DNA from: Spirochaetia bacterium
GTDB taxonomy: Bacteria > Spirochaetota > Spirochaetia > SZUA-6 > Bin103
NCBI GenBank assembly: GCA_965208575.1
Contig: CBDBOV010000002.1
Span: forward strand, 384,001 to 448,000
DNA: 64,000 nt
Direction: 5' to 3'
Shown here: piece by piece, positions 39,310 through 47,406 of the stretch
How positions within the stretch are numbered: position 1 is the stretch's first letter
Layout: each line of letters starts with the position of its first letter
Position numbers and translations under genes: made by a program
Notes under the pieces: generated by a model
Seen by the model: only the letters and a program-made list of their open reading frames with translations
What the model was told of the DNA's origin: nothing
Databases searched by the model: none

Positions 39310-40206
39310 TGAGCGGTCGGCTACACACAGTTCGAGCCCGATCAGATGACCGATCCTGCACACGTAGGCACGAGTCTCACCGGGTGCGTAGGGAGCCACC
39401 GCAGGCCAAGTGTCGCAGGAAGCTGAACAGCGGTCGCGAGCCCGCATGACTCTTGCTGCCCCAGCGTTGTAGCTGGCAAGCGTCATGGCCATGCGCTGAA
39501 GGAGATCGTCGATCCGCCATTGCTCAAACAGCCAGCGGTCGTAGTAGATGCCGGCGGCGATGCTGTGACGCGGGTCCCAGGGGTCCGTCACGGACAGATG
39601 CCGGGCGATGTCCCCCCACGTCGCGGGCATGATCTGCATTAGTCCCTGGGCCCCGGCATGGCTGAGGGCGTCGGCTTGCAGCGCTGACTCGGCGATGCCT
39701 TGAGCCTTGAACCAGCGCCAGTCGAAGGCGGCGCCGAAGAAACGCCTGGAGTACTTGCGGAAGGTGCGGTCCCAGCGCCGCGGCCAGTAGCGATCGTCCA
39801 CAGGAGGATCGTCTGCCCAGAACGGAGCGGGCGCAGGTTTGGCCGGCTCCCGCACTACAGCACCCTGCCCTGCTGTAGCGTCTCCATCATCATCGGCAGG
39901 AGTCGGCTCGGCGCCGTCGTCGGTAGGCGCTGACTCGGGCGCGGCCTTGGGCTTGGTCGCGAGCATCGGCACGGGTGTGCGCGCGTGGCGGGTGAGATCG
40001 GCGGCGGCCGGGTCGGGCCTGGCAAAGACGACTATCTTGGCCATTGCGATCGCGGCCGTGCGCGGCGCAGGCTGCGGGGGCTCCAGTTCCTTGACCTCCG
40101 GGCGCGCAGGTGCTGTCCCCAAAGGCGGTCTCACGCCAGGCGCGGAAGATACGCAGGACTGCAGGATGGCCGCGGCTGCCAGGAGGGCGACAACGGCGGC
40201 CGCCAT
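39289..40206 (-). CDS. Endolysin: SLT/MltF-like lytic transglycosylase with lipoprotein-like signal and Pro-rich linker
   Basis: AQGIAESAL, SHAGAQGLMQIMPATW, ASYNAG, ETRAYV; N-terminus MAAAVVALLAAAAILQSC. Confidence 0.85.
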   Translation of the reverse strand: MAAAVVALLAAAAILQSCVSSAPGVRPPLGTAPARPEVKELEPPQPAPRTAAIAMAKIVVFARPDPAAADLTRHARTPVPMLATKPKAAPESAPTDDGAEPTPADDDGDATAGQGAVVREPAKPAPAPFWADDPPVDDRYWPRRWDRTFRKYSRRFFGAAFDWRWFKAQGIAESALQADALSHAGAQGLMQIMPATWGDIARHLSVTDPWDPRHSIAAGIYYDRWLFEQWRIDDLLQRMAMTLASYNAGAARVMRARDRCSASCDTWPAVAPYAPGETRAYVCRIGHLIGLELCVADRSSAASGC

Positions 40207-40211
40207 GCCGC

Positions 40212-40436
40212 TCAGTTGAGTGCCATGCCGATCACCAGGCCGACGGCGATGCCGATGCCGACGAACATGCCGCCGACGACGGTGCCCACGGCGCGGTTGT
40301 TGGCCTCGAGTTCCGAGCAGGTGTCGAAGGTGGTGAGGCGGTCGAGCGCCTTGTAGGAGAGGAGCATCAGGGCGATGGCGCCGGCGCCGCCGGCCGCTGC
40401 GTAGGCGAGATTGAGGGCGACGATGGCGATGTTCAT
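40212..40436 (-). CDS. DUF350-like two-TM protein in holin position
   Basis: YKALDRLT.FD...ELEANNRAVG.VVGGMF. Confidence 0.7.
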   Translation of the reverse strand: MNIAIVALNLAYAAAGGAGAIALMLLSYKALDRLTTFDTCSELEANNRAVGTVVGGMFVGIGIAVGLVIGMALN

Positions 40437-40474
40437 GGGAGCAACGGTCCCTCGCCGCGCATCCGGAACCTAAA

Positions 40475-40493
40475 TACAGGACTGTATTGGGAG
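40475..40493. promoter_or_regulatory. Late-promoter activator dyad, copy 2
   Basis: Identical to 28052-28070; extends to AATACAG-GA-CTGTATT. Confidence 0.75.
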
Positions 40494-40524
40494 CGGACGC
40501 ACCGGTGCCGCATCGTCTGCTGCC

Positions 40525-41505
40525 GTGGGAACGCGGTTTGCGCTGAGTTGCAGTGACGAGCGGCCGGAGATGTACGGCTACGCCGTGTGCGCGGAGTTGC
40601 CCGCCGGGGACGATCCGCCGGAGTGGCTGCCGCTGATCCCGGCCGGTGAGCGCTTCCAGGGGCGTGACGGACGTACGTTCCGCTCGCCTGGTGCGGCGCA
40701 GATCCTCACGGCCCAGCGCGCCAACAGCGCCATGATCCCGGTCGACATCAATCACTCGGAGGTCGCGAAGGCGCCGCAAGGTGAGCCCTCGCCCGCCGTC
40801 GGATGGATCGAGGCGTTCGAGGAACGCAACGGAGCGGTGTGGGGCCGGGTGTCCTGGAACACCGAGGGCGCCGAGCTGATCGCCCGGAAGGCATACCGCT
40901 ACTACTCGCCCACGTTTCTGATCGACCGGAACGCCGAGGTGCGGATCGTGCACTCGGTGGGCCTGGTCAACAAGCCCAACCTGCTGGTACCGGCACTGAA
41001 CCGGGAGGAACCCATGGATCTGAAGAAGATCGCGGAGGCGCTCGGCCTGAGCGCGAACGCCACGGAGGCGGAGATCCTCGCCGCCATCGCCAAGCGCCCG
41101 GCACCGAACGCGTCCGGCGAGATCGAGATGGTCCCGAAGGCGGACTACGACGTGGTGATGAACCGCGCCGAGACGGCGGAGCAGAAGCTTGCCGAGCGCG
41201 ACGAGAGCGACCTCAAGGCCGAGGCCAGCGCGGCCGTCGACGGCGCCGTCAAGAACCGCAAGATCGCGCCGGCGAGCAAGGGCTACTACCTGTCGCTGTG
41301 CACCACGCGGGAGGGCCTCGACAACTTCAAGAAGTTCGCGGAGTCGGCGCCGAAGGTGATCGACGACCAGGCCGCGGCGCCGGAGGGGAAGGCGCCGGAC
41401 GGCGGGACGAGGCTGTCGCCGGAGGCCGAAGAGGTAGCGCGTCAGATGAACGTCGACGAGGTGATCGCAAACGCCGAGTCCCGCAAGGGCAACAAGAAGG
41501 AGTAG
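40525..41505 (+). CDS. Prohead protease I with internal scaffold Z (start 41014)
   Basis: PEWLPLIPAG..GRDGR, PVDINH, PAVGWI, YRYYSP.F, GLVNKPNL; internal RBS GGAGG before MDLKKIAEALGL. Confidence 0.9.
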   Translation: MGTRFALSCSDERPEMYGYAVCAELPAGDDPPEWLPLIPAGERFQGRDGRTFRSPGAAQILTAQRANSAMIPVDINHSEVAKAPQGEPSPAVGWIEAFEERNGAVWGRVSWNTEGAELIARKAYRYYSPTFLIDRNAEVRIVHSVGLVNKPNLLVPALNREEPMDLKKIAEALGLSANATEAEILAAIAKRPAPNASGEIEMVPKADYDVVMNRAETAEQKLAERDESDLKAEASAAVDGAVKNRKIAPASKGYYLSLCTTREGLDNFKKFAESAPKVIDDQAAAPEGKAPDGGTRLSPEAEEVARQMNVDEVIANAESRKGNKKE

Positions 41506-41509
41506 GTCC

Positions 41510-42691
41510 GTGATCGTAAACAACGCAACCCTCGAGGGGCTGAGGACCACCTTCAGCAAGCTGTTCCAGGCCGGCATCAAGTCGGCGACATCGCGGTGGC
41601 AGCGCGTTGCGATGCGCGTACCCTCGGGCTCCAAGAACAACACCTACGGGTGGCTGCAGCGGGCGCCGCAGATGCGCGAGTGGGCGAGCGGCACCAAGCG
41701 GATGCTGCGGGGCGTGGTCGAGAAGCTGTACCAGCTCCCCAACAAGAAGTGGGAGACGACCATCGACGTCGAGCGGGAAGACATCGAAGACGACAACCTC
41801 GGCGTGTACACGCCGCTCGTCATGATGGCCGGCCAGGAGACGATGGATCACGTCGACCGCCACGTCTTCGACACCCTGCGCCTCGCCCACGCCATCACCT
41901 GCCACGATGGGCAGCCGTACTTCTCGGCCGCGCATCCGCTCGCGGCCAACGTGGACGGGACCGGCGCGTCGCGCAACGTCAGCAACATGCTGCTCGGAGC
42001 ACCGACCGCGGCCAAGCGCACGGCTGGCGCGACTGCAGCAGACGCGGTCAGCACGGCGGGCACGGTCACGGGCTACGCCAAGTACAAGGTACGGTTCACG
42101 ACGGCCGGAGCGATCGGCGCGGCCAAGTTCAAGCTGTCGATCAACGGCGGCGACGAGGGCGACGAGATCGCCGCCGCCGCCGCCGGATACGCGATCCCGG
42201 GCACGGGCATCGCCATCAAGTTGAAGGCGGGCACTGAATTCGTCGTCGACGACGCCTGGGAGTTCGAGGGGCGTTCCCCCTGGTTCCTGCTGCACACCAT
42301 GGCGGCCGTGAAGCCGCTGATCTACCAGGACCGCATGGCGCCGCAGATCGAGAGCATCACCAACACCCAGCAGGACACGGTCTTCATGGAGGACAAGTTC
42401 CTGATCGGCGCCCGCGCCCGGCGCGCGTTCGGGGTCGGCTTCTGGCAGATGGCCGCGATGAGTACTCGCGAGCTCAACGAGGACAACTTCGACGAGCTGT
42501 TCCAGGTGGTGCAGGAGCAGTGCTGGGACGGCGGCGATCCGTGCGGCTTCACCCCGGACATGCTGGTATGCGGCCCGGCCCTGCGCTCGGCGAGCAACCA
42601 GACCATCAAGCAGCAGTACGGCCCGAACGGCGAGTCGAACCCCAACTACTTGGCGGTCGATGTCGAGTGCACGCCCTGGCTGAAGCGGTAG
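41510..42691 (+). CDS. Major capsid protein (Mu gpT-like) with inserted domain
   Basis: NTYGWL..PQMREW, IEDDNLGVY, DGQPYF..HP, KPLIYQ.R, G.GFWQMA. Confidence 0.92.
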   Translation: MIVNNATLEGLRTTFSKLFQAGIKSATSRWQRVAMRVPSGSKNNTYGWLQRAPQMREWASGTKRMLRGVVEKLYQLPNKKWETTIDVEREDIEDDNLGVYTPLVMMAGQETMDHVDRHVFDTLRLAHAITCHDGQPYFSAAHPLAANVDGTGASRNVSNMLLGAPTAAKRTAGATAADAVSTAGTVTGYAKYKVRFTTAGAIGAAKFKLSINGGDEGDEIAAAAAGYAIPGTGIAIKLKAGTEFVVDDAWEFEGRSPWFLLHTMAAVKPLIYQDRMAPQIESITNTQQDTVFMEDKFLIGARARRAFGVGFWQMAAMSTRELNEDNFDELFQVVQEQCWDGGDPCGFTPDMLVCGPALRSASNQTIKQQYGPNGESNPNYLAVDVECTPWLKR

Positions 42692-42723
42692 GACGCGCCA
42701 TCTCCCGGAGGCGGCAACCAATC

Positions 42724-43155
42724 GTGCGCTTTCTTTCCGTAGACGAGTATCTCGACCGGGCCGGCTCCCAGGTGGTCCCGAAGATCAAGTCGGGACCCAA
42801 CGCGGGACAGGTCGACGTTGCACGGATTCTCGCCGCGATCGAGGATGCGTGCGGCACGGTCCGCGCCTACCTGGCCAAGGACCTGCTGGCGCCGGACGGC
42901 GAGGATGCAGCGAGAGAGGCCATTCCGAAGCGCATCCTGGAGGCGCTCCCCGGCATCGTGTTCCAGCTCGCCCGGTTTCAACTCGCGGACGGGAGCACCG
43001 GCAGCGAGAGCGTAATCGTGAAGGGCTACAACGCTGCAATGGACACGCTCGAGACCCTGCGGGATGAGCCGGACCGGGCGACGGTGGCGGCCGCGATTGT
43101 CGGGGGTCCGGGAACCTGGATCGCGGGTGAGGCGGCCGCGGGAGACGACGTGTAG
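42724..43155 (+). CDS. Head-tail connector (Mu gp36/DUF1320-like)
   Basis: AIEDACGTVRAYL, LARFQL, Y.AAMDTL. Confidence 0.7.
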   Translation: MRFLSVDEYLDRAGSQVVPKIKSGPNAGQVDVARILAAIEDACGTVRAYLAKDLLAPDGEDAAREAIPKRILEALPGIVFQLARFQLADGSTGSESVIVKGYNAAMDTLETLRDEPDRATVAAAIVGGPGTWIAGEAAAGDDV

Positions 43156-43617
43156 ATGGCCGGTGCTGCAATCGAACTCGACCTGAGCGAAGTGATCGCG
43201 ATGAACCGCGCGATCGCGGCCAGCCTGAAGCAGTTGGGAGCTGCCGATCAGTCACAACTGCTGACGGACCTCGGCGTCGAAATCGAAGGCCAGACCCAGG
43301 AACGCTTCGCCGCGCAACAGGACCCGGACGGCAAGCCCTGGCAGCCGTGGTCGGAGAGCTATGCGGCGCGCCGCGCCGGCGACGGGGGAAGCCTCCTTCG
43401 GCGGCGCGGCGACCTGCAGAGCGACCTTTCCCACCAAGTCGAAGGCGAGGAGATTGAAACCGGGTCGCGCAAGGTATACGCGGCGCCGCACCAGTGGGGC
43501 TTGCCGGAGGCCGGCATTCCGCAGCGCCGGTACCTGGGCTTCGCACCGCGGGACACCGACGAGCTCGGGACGCTCGTGGCGGACTTCGTGCGCGAGCATG
43601 GCGGGCTGGTAGCGTGA
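43156..43617 (+). CDS. Virion morphogenesis/tail completion protein (Mu gpG-like)
   Basis: ERF..QQDPDG.PW, G.L..S, YAA.HQWG, IPQRRYLG. Confidence 0.85.
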   Translation: MAGAAIELDLSEVIAMNRAIAASLKQLGAADQSQLLTDLGVEIEGQTQERFAAQQDPDGKPWQPWSESYAARRAGDGGSLLRRRGDLQSDLSHQVEGEEIETGSRKVYAAPHQWGLPEAGIPQRRYLGFAPRDTDELGTLVADFVREHGGLVA

Positions 43618-44723
43618 CGCTCACCGATGCGCGCCGCCGCGCCAAGAAGTCCGTCGAGGCTGCCGTGGGACACGTCGAAGTGATCGAGCTTGACGGCGTT
43701 CTCGACGCCAAGGAAATCGCGCGGCAGGCGATAGAGCCGCCAGCGGTGCAGGTGTCCACGATGGGCCGCGGCGAGGACGGGATCCGCATTGTCGCCTACG
43801 TGGTGACGCGGACCGAGATGCCCTCCCCGCCTGACGCGCTGCAACTGCTCGACAAGGTCGAGGAGTCGCTCCGCACGCTGCCGGGCGCCGGCCGCGCGAT
43901 CCTCGACGTGCGCACCCAGTGCCTGTACGACTCGCACGCGATGAAGGCAGGGTCGGTTGCACTCTGGGCGGTCACCACGACGTGGCCGGACCTGGCGGCG
44001 CAGGTTGACGCAAGCACCGGGGACGGCAGTTTGATCGCGGACGCCAACGCGTTCCTTGCGCCAGCGGTAGACGGCGCCCTCGGCCTCGCCGACGTGGACG
44101 ACAGCGATGCGGACGCGGTCGCGGACCGCACGCGCCGCCGCGGCATGACGGAGCTGGACCGGCGCCGCCTGGCGCTGGAGGGGCCGCTCCCGTACGCGGA
44201 GGTGCGCCACGGCGAGCCGCCGGCGATCGCGGGCGTGCGCAGCGTCTCCGGCGTGGGCGCGATCGAACGCGTGGGCGCCGGCTCCGGCACCGCCAGGCAG
44301 CGCGGCAACGTGCGGCCGGGGCGTCCGCTCGGTCCGGTGGCCGCGGCGCCGGGCTCGAACTCCTGGCGCCAGCAGGTACACGGCATGCGGGTGTGGCCGG
44401 CGACGGTAACCCTGTGGGCCGGCACGGACGCGCAGGTCGACGCCGCGCTGACCGAGTTGCTGCGCCTGATTCCGCGGCGATGGCGCTGGAGCGACCAGGA
44501 GAACCGGGTGACCGTGGGCCGGGTGGTGGGAGCGACCTACGTACCGGAACGCGGCGCCCACATGGCGAGCGCGGAGATCACGCTGCGCGCGGTCAACCTG
44601 ATCGGCGAGCGCGGCGAGGTGCGTACCGTGACGGTTGGCGTGCGCGTGTCGCCGGACGACGCCGACCCGCTCGAAGGGCACACGCCGCCGATCGAGCGCG
44701 ACCGATACAGGAGGAGGGCGTAG
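43614..44723 (+). CDS. Putative tail terminator/completion protein
   Basis: Position between gpG and the sheath; coupled start. Confidence 0.5.
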   Translation: MTLTDARRRAKKSVEAAVGHVEVIELDGVLDAKEIARQAIEPPAVQVSTMGRGEDGIRIVAYVVTRTEMPSPPDALQLLDKVEESLRTLPGAGRAILDVRTQCLYDSHAMKAGSVALWAVTTTWPDLAAQVDASTGDGSLIADANAFLAPAVDGALGLADVDDSDADAVADRTRRRGMTELDRRRLALEGPLPYAEVRHGEPPAIAGVRSVSGVGAIERVGAGSGTARQRGNVRPGRPLGPVAAAPGSNSWRQQVHGMRVWPATVTLWAGTDAQVDAALTELLRLIPRRWRWSDQENRVTVGRVVGATYVPERGAHMASAEITLRAVNLIGERGEVRTVTVGVRVSPDDADPLEGHTPPIERDRYRRRA

Positions 44724-44903
44724 ATGTCAGGGAAGAAGGCCGAGCCGCGGAAGCAGGCGGTACGGGACCTCGCGAAGGGGATCGATCCCGTGGTCTACGC
44801 GGGCGTGAGAACGGCGAACGGCTGGGAGGGCAGCGAGGCCATGACGCCGGCCACGTTCGAGCGCGCGGTAGGAGCGTGGCTGCAGAGAGGCTCCGATGTC
44901 TGA
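44724..44903 (+). CDS. 59-aa protein upstream of the sheath (not in the ORF track)
   Basis: RBS AGGAGG; VYAGVRTANGW..MT..FERAV..WL. Confidence 0.55.
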   Translation: MSGKKAEPRKQAVRDLAKGIDPVVYAGVRTANGWEGSEAMTPATFERAVGAWLQRGSDV

Positions 44904-46419
44904 TCTCGCACAAGTAGACATCCGGACCAGGGACGGCGGCCTCGGCCGCCGCGGGCGCCAGGCGCGCGGCCTCTTCGCCGCCGTCGGCATCGGCGGCAAA
45001 CCTGCCGATCAACTGGTCGCGACCGTCTCCGGCAGCGATGTGACCGTGGTGCAGCGTGGCAACATCCTGCCGCTGAGCAATCCGCGAGCCGCCGCCGATC
45101 AGCTGGTCGCGGCGCCCCTGCGGGACCTGCTGGTCGCCGCGCTGAGCGTGGCAGGCACGGTATGCTACACCCTGTCGATCAAGGGCAACGTCGGCGTGCC
45201 GACCGGCCCGGCCGCGGCAACGCTGGCGCTGGCCGCGCCCACCAATACCGCCGCGCTCGCCACCGCTGCGCTCGTCGGCACCGTCCGTACGCTGGCGCTG
45301 CGGATCACCGCCACCAATTCGGCGGACAACGTGGTCGCCGGCGCCAAGGTGGTGCCGGTGGTCAACGGCGCCGACGGCGCGGAGATCACGCTCGCCGGCG
45401 CCGCCCGAGTCGCGGGCATTCTCCTGGACTTCGGCGGATCGGGCGTGGCCGTGCAGCTCACCATGGCCGACGGCACCGCCCGCCTGACCGTGGGCGACGT
45501 GTGGACGGTCCCGATCACGGCGAGCAACGCCGCCATCCTGGCGGCCATCGACCGCCTGCTGGAGAGCCGCTACCGCTACGAGTGGATCGACGTCGCCGGC
45601 GTGAGCGGCGAGTCGCTGTGGGCCGCCCTCTCGCTGAAGGGCACCACGGCCCAGAACACCTACAAGCGGTACATCGGCTTCCGCGGCCAGGCGCCGGGGC
45701 CGAACGCCGGTGAGTCGACCGCCGACTACGTCACGCGCATCACCGGCGCGGGCGTGCGGGGCATGACCGAAGACGGCCGCCTGCAGATCTACACGCACGT
45801 GCGCGCCACCGATCCGATCACCGGGGTGACCGCGCCGCGCGGGCTGCTGGAGATCGGAAGCGGGTGGAGCGCGCTGCGCCGGCCGCACGAGCCGGTGGAC
45901 GCGGTCGAGAACGGCCCGCTGCCGGGCGTCGTGTCCCTGTACCCGGAGGACCTGACCACCGCGCAGGTTGCCGCTCTGGCCACCGCCGGCTACACGGTCG
46001 CCCGCACCTATCCAGGGGAGAATGGCGTGTACATCAACGAGGGGCGCACCCTCGCGGCCGCCTCGAGCGACTTCAAGACCGAGGAGCGCCGCCGGGTGAT
46101 TGATCGTATCTGCCGCCTCGTCTACGAGCGGCAGTGGCGGTTCCTCAACTCCACGGCCCAGGTCAACCCGGTTACCGGCGAGCTGGCGAACATCCGCTCG
46201 TTCCGCCGCGCGTCCAACCAGCCGGTTGCGCAGATGGCCAGGCGCAACGAGATCGTGGCCGGCCAAGTCACGATCCCGCCCCTGCAGGACATCCTGGCCA
46301 CCGAGGAGATCGAGAGCCAGATCGACATCGTTCCGCTCGGGAAGCTGCGCAAGATCTCGACCACGATCAGCTTCCGCAACCCGCTGCTCGACGCCCCTGA
46401 CGTCGAGGCGAGCGCATAG
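44896..46419 (+). CDS. Tail sheath protein (DUF2586-like)
   Basis: V.I.TRDGGLG, AGYTVARTYPG.NGVY.NEGRTL..SDF..E.RRVID.., IVPLG..R.I..I.F.NP. Confidence 0.8.
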   Translation: MSDLAQVDIRTRDGGLGRRGRQARGLFAAVGIGGKPADQLVATVSGSDVTVVQRGNILPLSNPRAAADQLVAAPLRDLLVAALSVAGTVCYTLSIKGNVGVPTGPAAATLALAAPTNTAALATAALVGTVRTLALRITATNSADNVVAGAKVVPVVNGADGAEITLAGAARVAGILLDFGGSGVAVQLTMADGTARLTVGDVWTVPITASNAAILAAIDRLLESRYRYEWIDVAGVSGESLWAALSLKGTTAQNTYKRYIGFRGQAPGPNAGESTADYVTRITGAGVRGMTEDGRLQIYTHVRATDPITGVTAPRGLLEIGSGWSALRRPHEPVDAVENGPLPGVVSLYPEDLTTAQVAALATAGYTVARTYPGENGVYINEGRTLAAASSDFKTEERRRVIDRICRLVYERQWRFLNSTAQVNPVTGELANIRSFRRASNQPVAQMARRNEIVAGQVTIPPLQDILATEEIESQIDIVPLGKLRKISTTISFRNPLLDAPDVEASA

Positions 46420-46428
46420 GAGTCGCAG

Positions 46429-46878
46429 GTGCCAGTCAACGGAAACATGTATGACCACGAGTCCCTGGAGATGGAAGTCCCTGGGGTCGGGCAAGCGCTT
46501 TCGCTGACCGAGGTGAACTACAAGGCCGCCAAGAAGGGCAAGACGGTTACCGGATCGCACGGCCTGCCGCGCGCTTACGCGAGGGGCAAGTACGAGGGAA
46601 CGTTCGACTGCACGATCGCGCGCGAGGAGTATCACGCCCTCGCGGAGGCCACCGCCGATACCGGCGTGCTGGGAGCAGAGCCGGTGCCGGTGACGCTCGT
46701 CTACGGCGCGGACGGCGAGGAGCCGACCGAGGACAATCTCGAGGTGAAGATCGAGGAAATCGACACCGGGTCAAAGGAAGACGAGGAGGCAATGGTCAAG
46801 ATCACGGGCACGCATACCGCCGTGGCCGAGATTGCCGGACAGCCCGTCTACGTGGACCCGTTGGGGAGAGCTGAATAG
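46429..46878 (+). CDS. Tail tube protein
   Basis: VNG..YD.E, PR.Y.RG.YEG; follows the sheath. Confidence 0.7.
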   Translation: MPVNGNMYDHESLEMEVPGVGQALSLTEVNYKAAKKGKTVTGSHGLPRAYARGKYEGTFDCTIAREEYHALAEATADTGVLGAEPVPVTLVYGADGEEPTEDNLEVKIEEIDTGSKEDEEAMVKITGTHTAVAEIAGQPVYVDPLGRAE

Positions 46879-47237
46879 TGAACAACGCAGTACCGGGGCT
46901 GAAGATCAGCCAGGATGAGGTGGACGCCCTCAAGCAGCGTCACGGCAAGGTCTTCCGCGGGAAGATCATCGTGCACGACCCCGGCGGCGCCAGCCGCGAG
47001 GTGGTGTTCCTGTTCCGCGAGGCGCGGCACAAGGACTCCGAGGCGATGGCTCAGAAGAGCCGCTCCAACCCGGCCGCCGCGGATCGCAACCTGCTGTCGA
47101 GCCTGATCGTGCACCCGCAGAACACCGAGGTGATGGCGCAGCTGCGGGACTCGCCGCTGGCCGTCGCGAACTTCCTCTCGGAGCAAGTACTCCCTTTCTT
47201 GGGATCCAACAGCGAGGCGGAAGCTACCGAAATCTGA
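46878..47237 (+). CDS. Tail assembly chaperone; -1 frameshift form extends to 47407
   Basis: LKQRHGKV motif; C CCT TTC at 47192-47198; -1 frame open to TAA 47405-47407. Confidence 0.75.
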   Translation: MNNAVPGLKISQDEVDALKQRHGKVFRGKIIVHDPGGASREVVFLFREARHKDSEAMAQKSRSNPAAADRNLLSSLIVHPQNTEVMAQLRDSPLAVANFLSEQVLPFLGSNSEAEATEI

Positions 47238-47406
47238 GCCTGCAGGCGCAGCGCCTGTACTGCCGGAAGTGGCTGGGTGTCGACATCTCGGACATGGTCA
47301 TGGCCGATGTCCGGCGACTGGTCGATGACGCGCTGGCAATGCGCAGGCTGGACGTGGTGGCCACGGCGGAAGCGATCGTGATGGCGTTCGGCGGCGATAC
47401 GAAGTA

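Noticed and set aside
39289-41643. 784-aa minus-strand ORF as one protein
   Set aside because: Upstream part is antisense to the protease gene and overlaps the DUF350-like gene; plausible start is 40206
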